Shown here in pieces: positions 60,401-64,000 of a DNA stretch of 64,000 nt. Source of the stretch: a virus. Lineage: Duplodnaviria > Heunggongvirae > Uroviricota > Caudoviricetes. Both the position numbers and the translations under genes were made by a program. Numbering within the stretch: the stretch's first letter is position 1; each line of letters opens with the position of its first letter. The notes beneath the pieces were generated by a model. That model had not been told where the DNA came from. It made no database searches and saw only the letters and a list, made by a program, of their open reading frames with translations. The DNA is taken from the IMG/VR virus record IMGVR_UViG_3300037589_000184, positions 34,523 to 98,522 of that record. One strand, written 5' to 3'.

Positions 60401-60935
60401 CAGAGGTCTCTGAAAGGAAGAACCTTCCTGCACCCAACAACATGTTCTCAAGGAACTTTGGTTGTCCCGACAATGTAGGCTCGTACCATTTCTTTGCGAT
60501 CAGGTCATTTGTTTCCTGTCTTTCCTTTAAGACCTGTGAGTGGGAGGGGTCCTCTCTGAGAATCTCATCCTTTCTCTTTTTCAGGTCCTTCAAATTATTG
60601 TAGTCCTCCTTGGCAAGGATCTCCTGTGCCACTGTCTCCACATAATCATTTGGTCTATAGGACACCTGTTTCTCGATGGCCTGTGCAGCTTCCCTCTCTA
60701 TCCGGAGGTCCTCTTCGGACTTTTTGACAAGGTTCTTCAACAGTTCGTCATTGGAATAGTTTCCGGATGTTGCACGTTGGGCATTCTCCAATGTACTTTC
60801 ACTGGAAGTCGTGCCACCTGTCTCCACTTCTGTCAGAGTGGATGGCCTGCTCAAGGGATTTTCCTTGGCATCACGGTACATTTTCAGGATTTCGTCCTGA
60901 GTCAAAGGAGCTGAAATTTCGTTCTTCTTGCCCAT
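48405..60935 (-). CDS. giant multidomain virion protein (4176 aa), candidate virion RNA polymerase or polyvalent ejected protein, with C-terminal zincin-like HExxH domain
   Basis: Uninterrupted 12.5-kb ORF. DYDID (DxDxD) is encoded at about 51726-51740 in the context KQKGLDYDIDKETAY. HESVH (HExxH) is encoded at about 48990-49004. It is flanked by other large - strand genes with 1-2 nt intergenic gaps. Confidence 0.65.
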   Translation of the reverse strand: MGKKNEISAPLTQDEILKMYRDAKENPLSRPSTLTEVETGGTTSSESTLENAQRATSGNYSNDELLKNLVKKSEEDLRIEREAAQAIEKQVSYRPNDYVETVAQEILAKEDYNNLKDLKKRKDEILREDPSHSQVLKERQETNDLIAKKWYEPTLSGQPKFLENMLLGAGRFFLSETSGMSGENAKRVNEINESIHAKSLPVLNEIKERLNRNLSDARMAFLEFEYGEGEDKLLSHKRGEFKMAMNKLEESMESVDAVINKSSGWQAALDGMDRELGTLGMYGFVQDVMFTLPVLLKAEKGSQLEPSEDALFKATALTEQIQSSSDMQHSRGYRIVDGTMKSLPFLAQMAATSGVSNSVRTGVQGGAKQLIKQGVRRSVATGISGTAANTLAVGTQALAMPLTYSNMVDRYKGAMEVDFDDNGSVSKVYFRDDLYNRTKDEVAILRKADEKRRQEILSISGDLSEELSIELDEIDGRLGTKDVPGTISYDEMLDRMVPVSVGKAIRQGFFDTANELVSEKFGGKLFDSGLAKLPVLKRASGNFVNTRLGKVYKNIKEGTSKFSDAIGLNSIPGEYFEELFVAPLNSLNSGNLDEIKALGSADTHIDILGQTALMGVGFRAFGAGLTLPSRINNPEFYRNREEIRKRMSQLRNAVSDEEVSSIIDFSTAQSGFTIADQRLKVQQLRNEGKNDQADKVEQKMFYNLAVKSFKTNTADEFISSLDRLSTNTDVSESTRMNAQLAKQDVDKLKTVYDRYRHLPNIGDIVQLQSNKIIGRRTLNDLSQRKVEISDDVREDLDALIKRKNLNVSYTLDDLYTKNEFVDGTEKANYKKFLDVLEKEDIASVQTYDLLNTVEEEVQRTVDDSLVEFNRQVSPKFQESERQKKELSSEVAKQLNLMEEVDEATVDTVMSTASKNFGQGLTKNERKQISDFFKQQVKLKADADQQKQEDTIDRNVSGTPIEETPAEVVEEPLDPDIGKEINDNVSEINSAFVVRDDVLDNFDELPNSTEGLTPEQRQTIVDSVANIYGALEKKNNRKPDFKEFMHHLLAYAPQEMIEENFNAYRLGWEGNSYQEPDFEAIYDELFDPLKRVTQQALDAINNIFSQTLPERQQEVSQHLDSQEERIGEKAAPIVGFTDQNVPIKKVSGKRVAIADTKLGFNAIAYNEVVDEEGNWKRVQADDGRLNIDADSIVDFSDLLHPDKFNEGSSIQVMVAPEDMWQKIKLTVGRNPDGSAIVKPFSDWVSERELSDRNFRDTQEFRDRVPIFALNEKGVPMAYIHDVDWYNPFNVSDPTSDMDTVDLSNISPSHAELIQKGKDNVSTLRNSIIDGSTSTLKVTSKREGAFYRIPMDRPEISISEANPQSIIAVQRGSSLELDYNVPFENENRMLVNDRAKDFKQINEKSRYRTDGHTWDIRRIGTDPETGKETWRAFPVTRRNNLGNNGIHTEALETLRWIWAAQARLNLDNERVRSMYEQYVAGTPYDMEEKKASKIVEDVKKITGTDIRIGRDAVDLMNAYGVPQGNSNTLTQYGKTLFTSNEEGFRQLTQLRFISRKMSMANIKDGIVEDMEMGYPDYLKTVLTTNIKSFNVGTQENPIYATSIQPVVTFNIDTEQAPIEDFKERASSEVQVPEIPATVEDDIEGTIKGYEDLIKDIGFNLSEDMDELPAELDSVDRLSNIFNIAPGLSILQESQIVDFLFNNLLTSVDLKYGAKINKKLLLEELKGSYSTITGSSKKQIQEVLPKLQELYDANPSQQERLSKLIKDYRNALDVYQSIEDNWKSIEDKALQKVGKYTGITETLDDEAKLEEDMSIREKDYNKSSIEENGKQKTSYRLRRFMAGIRKYSPNGNIKRGFLGLPTYIGFNDVYNSVAQYFGTGVDIQSDYHTMLGKLREMEQTEPWVSELIEKLEAADDQIKREFVYNYTKHALQMKFAMYSTGNNGTTLKIFDTNANEVTRLVRDKWRNNFMVTKLVDQSKETATINKVFAKKLLDTYDSWGAEKHLVDDIRIREWLSNFGLEVSDQTWGELKDGKFYYDSSYKKYDEQFYTKTGIFSLLREYLDNITKDHVRNTEFEENEKNHPFTDMQGVLNTLSKIEAKYTPQSMTLTFRDGGKQVSGQVPTKFVTDRVNDLKRSALTDKRLLGEFGNISFSSNSLVLDLLQNEPNFAEKFGISHNGITALKQLGKSSSNFSSITDLNTMDHDLAKLTGFQDTQQGTIKRKYKGYGMRMANMFLPTMSDKSQMLMLKTGVFNFLEEADSAFLVDDLTGNVKLSQSLRELMYDQLILPELKRMLKFSKDVNGTDIEGYDLGAQMFHLLPQLNNVKDKGGIRLIKYISVSDKVTLDYVEQNFKEQMLDTMETTISELVNEKMALWENGLVERDSSGKITSLDLFDKKYLSMGKGDLDKKFRLGTYDFVLNSMVANANSFYLFAGDPALYSQDKLFSKLGVDNQRIRAIAQAYGKEGLFSHYADHSSFLKGIDGLVSTGAISREMYNELKLNIRPLVHSANDQFYIDTSKKIGTNIGKRLALLIAPGNKLANSLNDAYIQLFAKDSVDISENSEYLVSLFYGQEGVQKARPLLQTYSDLVSNGRKEEAAKVRDTLADTFPQLSDYFDIESTDAQEYTTVWEHVHILQNQGRLSDSQMSEIKDALLAERPLTKEQMGLVLQPIKPVFTGQVYDPVQDVMRTVYIKSSSFPLIPQLTAGTSLDRVREKMEELEAKHGKPVRLSYQTANKVGAMSNAKDIFSDELEDIEETMLELSRDSFRIQQDVPFKSDQVKEDKVSMGTQMFKLLFGDGVMKAKGFAYNGEELDGQQLYDRYNSVFTDLVASKRKKLFRELGLDDNGEPVDSSVTMEKLQSLLKSEAEKRGYPIQDIKGLELEEKADINGNTYQEFKVPLWLSTNSNRYESLLNSIVSNRLMNFKIPGNSFVAGSETGFATLSTLDDMDRSRIIRLQGWNGQELQGAKEVDGKMQPAQVLMPSKFKDANGNLMDLYQKKNGAYVYLVENEDGTFGLNMDMVDPALLRNFSFRTPTSSHVSGSNIEIVGILPPEVGDLMIVPKNFTKQKGLDYDIDKETAYQLNHIVETNGKISILSEEHRESRLKGLLDALEKEQLIKDSPEDRLMRAMLGDAYEEAINDKLTNIQEKIDLVNEKFDEKLLENEFIKIHMAVFSNPDTEVQKKINKVLSMKFASGQADMIEALSDNQDVTSFTMLSDEYQKKKMGLGAAGKLAIGVYSNYVTFHGLSQQVPDPLRLMENVGEDEMVPKEVVMGNLRSDGTLGRERTLDGERSVAEVFAERQNTATDNEKEQILGRVNINSTTINVDSLLTALGFDKDSNGNSISYLLLSQPILREYVSRMENGKGIVSDYVRDLQERTVADLVSTYSNGNLVYSEGSLLTSDTYEEVDWSTMLTGDNMLEGISSFGEDKKVQLAALAKFLELDTYARSISRLQSVLNTNNLGKSIVESAVLFRNLADLPNNQRVANAFSLIGDSRPIEGGEAPEGYHIVGDNYMQARTPQGQIVLEGTRLGNSLWNSYFPYNDRYFNSVVNETLIVSNTDTESSFKEIEGRQEVIREIKKYIYSRKNNGLFTDTANNERKRLFMDSDTNVSLARYLNDITNRGKKFGGFSQGTNAVKENRLLNKFSYSLGNMGEPSLIKFNNTSNDNFDEEYLYNSFAELIVEDRPLPDLNGSPYSTRELAQDLITYAYIEGGIQEAIQFIKYVPIEYLESVGVRSGDRFVSAANVMQSYNSNRRPDIFQKVLGHRETTENSTHLFTKQYIQHFPEKARQYSKEQQKQLFSPQEGKGSKMTSFILNSDDRPKFISMRVPTKSKRKQDKFHLFEHQGNSLYKRISILGTHGMSEYQYNEQDAKSLLDNVDTRPKKEPNIKKATAKMLTNPFDITDDSLPADVMEMISNTKFERYKNLPEAARALIPVLKESTNIKVRRGTNASGRYNRKEDTIYLDVDNSLMKGPEKTARTFVHESVHSVTSTELRKYYESDGNTLRSDITVPGYVTNLHLVFNEFKKHIGAEATEVLKKKLDDRKPGLPTEFNENDAYIYGSVNIFEFVTTALTEPKFQEEMSKVMYKRSNMTLVDKFREAVMRILRALNPDIKSGSLAESALLDTLVFIEEETLKRQKNNTFDTFKKNVDTDFDPDTQTPQEPVTDLLPESNHKKLPDCI

Positions 60936-60936
60936 A

Positions 60937-63141
60937 TTATTTATTGATTATGGTGTTCAACAACCCTTTCATCCTTGGGTCGTCGAGACTTTCGGTGATA
61001 TATCCCCCCTGTCCATTCGGGATAAGGAGTTCCTGTCTTTTGAGGCTTCCATCGGAGTTCCTCACGTTCTTGACCTTTACCCCCTGTCCTCCGGGAATGG
61101 TGACCTCGGAGGCATTGCTTATCTTGGTAAGGTAATAGTTTGTCCTGAGCATGTCACTGTTGACGTTCTCAAAACCTTTTAATTTTGTACTGGTGATGTC
61201 ATCTATCTTGGCAATCCTTTTCTCCCCCCTGAAATCGACTATCATCCCAAGTTCAAGCTTTCTGTCATCATCATAGGAAGTGGCAGGTGCAATGGATTCA
61301 GGGGATACCGAGAAACCTATATACCCAGAACCATCCACCATTTTGTACCTTACCTCATATTCATCCGGGGTGATCTGTAGGCCTTCCTTGTTCTTGAGTC
61401 CGGGAGTGACATGTTCATAAGGGATCTTTACAGGTTCCCTCTCCACTATCCCCTTTCTCAACATCTGGTCAAGGCTCATATTGGAGATGTCCACTTCCCT
61501 TCCATTCTTGTCAGTTGCAGTGGCCCCTTGTGGAAAATCTATGTTGTACAACCTGTACATACCACTTTCCACTATCCTTTTTGAAAAAGAGGCTGCCTCT
61601 TTCGGAGTAACACCCGTGCCCTCCCAAGTAAATTTCTGTGGTACTGAGATCTTTTCGGTCTCGTTAAGGTATCTATTGAAATCCGGTTCCTGTTGTTGTA
61701 CATATTCTTCCAATGTGAGGCCCTGTGGGGACCTGTTGTTGTATTCTTTTTCCTTTTCCCTTTCCCAATCCGATCTTATTGCCTGTATTGCCGACATGTT
61801 CAACCTCTCCTCTTTGTAACCATCCTCAAGCTTTGCTATTGTGCCGGACTCGAACATAGGGGTACCATCGGGATTTTTCAAGCTGTACAGATATGAGAAG
61901 TTTCCCTTCTCTATGGCCACTTCGGCCTCCAATGGAAGATTGGTGTCCATACCAAGGCCAAGTTCCCTCTTGACAATCTCACGGGCATCGTCCTTGATGT
62001 TCTGCATCTTCTTCTGGGTGAACAGGATGTTCTGGTTATACTCCTCTATATTGCCCCCTGCAACACTGTTGAGGGTACTGTTGGAGACATACTGTACGAA
62101 ATCATCTTGTTTATTGTCCTCCCATTCCTTATATTTTTTCTTGTTCTCAAGCTCTTGGTTCTTGAGGGCAAATGGGCTGGCCTTTATTCTTTCGGAACTC
62201 TCAGTGCTCTCAAATCCGAATTTTTCCACTCCTGCCCTAAATGCACTTCCAAGAATATTGTCACTGAACCCCAGTGTGGGCACCTTTACCACATTCCCTT
62301 TGTCATCCACCATTTCCACATCCCTGATGGATGAGATGGGGTTTATGTTCCCGTCAGTGGAAATTCCATTGAACCCGTCCATTCCCAGTTCCTCCCTTTG
62401 TAGGATGGCCCTTTGCAGTTCGGTATCGGCATTGAAGGAGTTGGTAAGGATATCATTGAGTTCCCCTGCCGTCATAGTCTTTGTCCCCTCTTTCGTGGTC
62501 ACTATCCATCCTCCTGAATTGACATCCCTTTCAACTGATTGTGCATCCGGGATGGCATCCTTCAACCTTTCGTCCACCCATTCATTGAGATTGCCAAGAC
62601 CATGTACACTGTTTGCGGAGTAGGGGGTGTAGTCGTTGTTGCCCTTGTATGATACCGTTCCAGATTCCTCAAGGTTCCTTCTTCTCAACCTTCTCAGATA
62701 GTCATCCGTATAGAGCTGTGGATCTTTTTTCTGTAGTTCCTTTGCATCCTTCCACCACTGGGCATCCTCATTGAAACGTTTTTCTATTGCGGCCACCTCA
62801 CCTGTACCGAAATCGGATCTTATCTGTCTTCCAAGGTTTCTGATGTCCCCAAGCTTTCTTGAGTATTCCAAGGGGTTTTTCTGTATCTCCGATACAAGGT
62901 CGTCCACCTGTCCCTCATAGCCTTGTACTATCTCCCGTAATCTTGGAGTATCGGCAACCAAGGAATTGGCATCTAATTTATCATATAGGGAGACTGCCGT
63001 ATCTATGGTATCATCCACATTTTTATCTGCGTTCAGGACCACCTTTGACATAAGGTCATAGGGGAGTTCCAACATTTTGTCGGCCACGAAGTTTGATTGG
63101 GCCGTTTGATAGAATCTAGCCATTTTTCTCTTCCTTGACAC
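60937..63141 (-). CDS. large virion-associated hypothetical protein (734 aa)
   Basis: Its TAA stop lies 1 nt before the ATG of the 4176-aa gene. No recognisable motif. Confidence 0.55.
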   Translation of the reverse strand: MSRKRKMARFYQTAQSNFVADKMLELPYDLMSKVVLNADKNVDDTIDTAVSLYDKLDANSLVADTPRLREIVQGYEGQVDDLVSEIQKNPLEYSRKLGDIRNLGRQIRSDFGTGEVAAIEKRFNEDAQWWKDAKELQKKDPQLYTDDYLRRLRRRNLEESGTVSYKGNNDYTPYSANSVHGLGNLNEWVDERLKDAIPDAQSVERDVNSGGWIVTTKEGTKTMTAGELNDILTNSFNADTELQRAILQREELGMDGFNGISTDGNINPISSIRDVEMVDDKGNVVKVPTLGFSDNILGSAFRAGVEKFGFESTESSERIKASPFALKNQELENKKKYKEWEDNKQDDFVQYVSNSTLNSVAGGNIEEYNQNILFTQKKMQNIKDDAREIVKRELGLGMDTNLPLEAEVAIEKGNFSYLYSLKNPDGTPMFESGTIAKLEDGYKEERLNMSAIQAIRSDWEREKEKEYNNRSPQGLTLEEYVQQQEPDFNRYLNETEKISVPQKFTWEGTGVTPKEAASFSKRIVESGMYRLYNIDFPQGATATDKNGREVDISNMSLDQMLRKGIVEREPVKIPYEHVTPGLKNKEGLQITPDEYEVRYKMVDGSGYIGFSVSPESIAPATSYDDDRKLELGMIVDFRGEKRIAKIDDITSTKLKGFENVNSDMLRTNYYLTKISNASEVTIPGGQGVKVKNVRNSDGSLKRQELLIPNGQGGYITESLDDPRMKGLLNTIINK

Positions 63142-64000
63142 TAAGTTGATAATCCTTGTCCAGAGTGATCCCGTATTTGGAAAGTTGGTCTATGAGTGCC
63201 TTTACGATCTTTCTCTGTTCCACTGCATTGAGATCCTTTCCAATTTGCTGTATCCCCGTACCCATAGTGGAAATGTCCCTTCCCCTTTGGGTATAGAAAT
63301 TGTCCTTGTCCTGTCTGTCGGCAAGGTCCCTCTGCTGTTCACCTGCCATGACGACCCTGTCCTGTTGGTTCTCAAGGCCTGCCCTTTCGGAGAGAAGTCC
63401 CAACATTGTCCTTGCAAAGGCATCCTGTGCATCCAATCTTGCCCTGTTTGCCTGCATCTCGGCACCAAGGTCAAGTGCCCTTGCGGCATTCACGCCCCTT
63501 ACGGAATTTCTCCCCCTTTTGATGAGGGCATCCCTTGAAAGGTCTATTTTTCTTTCGGTGTTCGTCTTCAATGAGGCTGCCTGCTCCTGTGCCTGTTCAT
63601 TGGTGTCCAGTGCATCTTTTCCAAAGTCCTTGAAGGCATTTATGTTCGGAGTATCCGTTGCACGGTTCTTCAAAGTGTTCCTCAAAGGTCCAAAAGCACT
63701 GACCAGATCCCCCAAGATACCAACGGCATCCCCTGCCGTGACCTCACTGTTTCCGAACAGATTGTCCAAGAAGGTGCTTGCTGCACCACTGTTGGAGGTT
63801 TCAATGGAGTCCCCACCTGAAAAGTCGGTGATTCCGGGGATGGAGACATCGGACATTCCAAGATCGTTACTTGCATTATCCGATTCCATGATATCGAAGT
63901 CCTTGAACTTTGGGTCCCTTTTCTTAAAGAGATTGGAGAATATCCCGTCACCAAAAGCTGACTCCCCCTCTTTTCCAAAGAACATGTCCACCATCTGTTG
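63116..64000 (-). CDS. hypothetical protein, 5'-truncated by window end (at least 292 aa)
   Basis: The ORF is still open at the window edge. The first in-window Met is at 63994. Coiled-coil-like and Ala, Arg and Gln-rich. Confidence 0.45.
   Translation of the reverse strand, partial: QQMVDMFFGKEGESAFGDGIFSNLFKKRDPKFKDFDIMESDNASNDLGMSDVSIPGITDFSGGDSIETSNSGAASTFLDNLFGNSEVTAGDAVGILGDLVSAFGPLRNTLKNRATDTPNINAFKDFGKDALDTNEQAQEQAASLKTNTERKIDLSRDALIKRGRNSVRGVNAARALDLGAEMQANRARLDAQDAFARTMLGLLSERAGLENQQDRVVMAGEQQRDLADRQDKDNFYTQRGRDISTMGTGIQQIGKDLNAVEQRKIVKALIDQLSKYGITLDKDYQLSVKEEKNG

Noticed and set aside
43754-63141. T7-like single-subunit RNA polymerase domain within the giant proteins, to explain the T3-like motif
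   Set aside because: No T7 RNAP motif A (DGSCSGIQH-like), motif B (Rx3Kx7YG) or motif C (HDSF) was found by eye.
1-64000. CRISPR array or other tandem repeat arrays
   Set aside because: No regularly spaced direct repeats were seen anywhere in the window.

Overview
This window reads as a contiguous piece of a large virulent dsDNA phage genome, probably infecting a Bacteroidota-type host. Supporting signs are the absence of Shine-Dalgarno spacing, lipoprotein signal peptides ending in Cys, about 43% GC, tightly packed genes whose stop and start codons overlap, and no integrase. It has two convergent blocks that meet at a bidirectional hairpin terminator near 43.74 kb.

Block 1 (1 to 43.7 kb, + strand) carries early and DNA-metabolism genes. 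Recognisable genes include a family A DNA polymerase with a DnaQ-like exonuclease domain, Dda/RecD-like, UvrD-like, DnaB-like and SF2 helicases, a TOPRIM primase, uracil-DNA glycosylase, a ThyA-family thymidylate synthase, class I ribonucleotide reductase subunits NrdB and NrdA, a dNMP kinase, a HAD phosphatase, a MazG-like protein, an Hjc-like resolvase and a RecB-like nuclease. It also carries a Sak4-like ATPase, an OmpA-like protein and lipoproteins, an SPFH protein, and many small hypothetical proteins.

Block 2 (43.75 to 64 kb, - strand) is a back-to-back operon of giant proteins of 1549, 4176, 734 and more than 292 aa, presumably virion or ejected proteins. The 4176-aa protein has a DYDID (DxDxD) motif and a C-terminal HExxH zincin motif. 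It may be a crAss-like virion RNA polymerase or a polyvalent protein.

The most interesting items are:
1. A canonical cloverleaf tRNA at 41517-41588 whose anticodon is CUA, making it an amber suppressor. A PTH2-type peptidyl-tRNA hydrolase gene sits next to it.
2. A complete tmRNA (ssrA-like) gene at about 9566-9950. It has a tRNA-Ala-like acceptor stem with the G3:U70 pair, a GGTTCGATTCC T-arm, and a candidate tag ORF ending in Ala-Ala-stop.
3. An overlapping gene pair encoding a JAB/MPN+ metalloprotease (HxHx7Sx2D) and a ThiF/MoeB-type E1-like adenylyltransferase. A downstream protein ends in Gly-Gly, so a phage ubiquitin-like conjugation or deconjugation module is possible.
4. Three copies of a conserved about 20-nt motif, CTCAARACCCTCACTAATyT. 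Its core ACCCTCACTAA is identical to the bacteriophage T3 RNA polymerase promoter core. Each copy follows a hairpin terminator and precedes + strand genes.
5. Two ORF-free regions of about 0.9 kb and 0.45 kb that are rich in hairpins.

All genes in the window are intact under the standard code, and TAG is used as an ordinary stop codon by many + strand genes. This makes the amber-suppressor tRNA functionally intriguing. Coordinates of RNA features may be off by about 1 nt. Protein function calls rest on motifs I recognised by eye, not on database searches.
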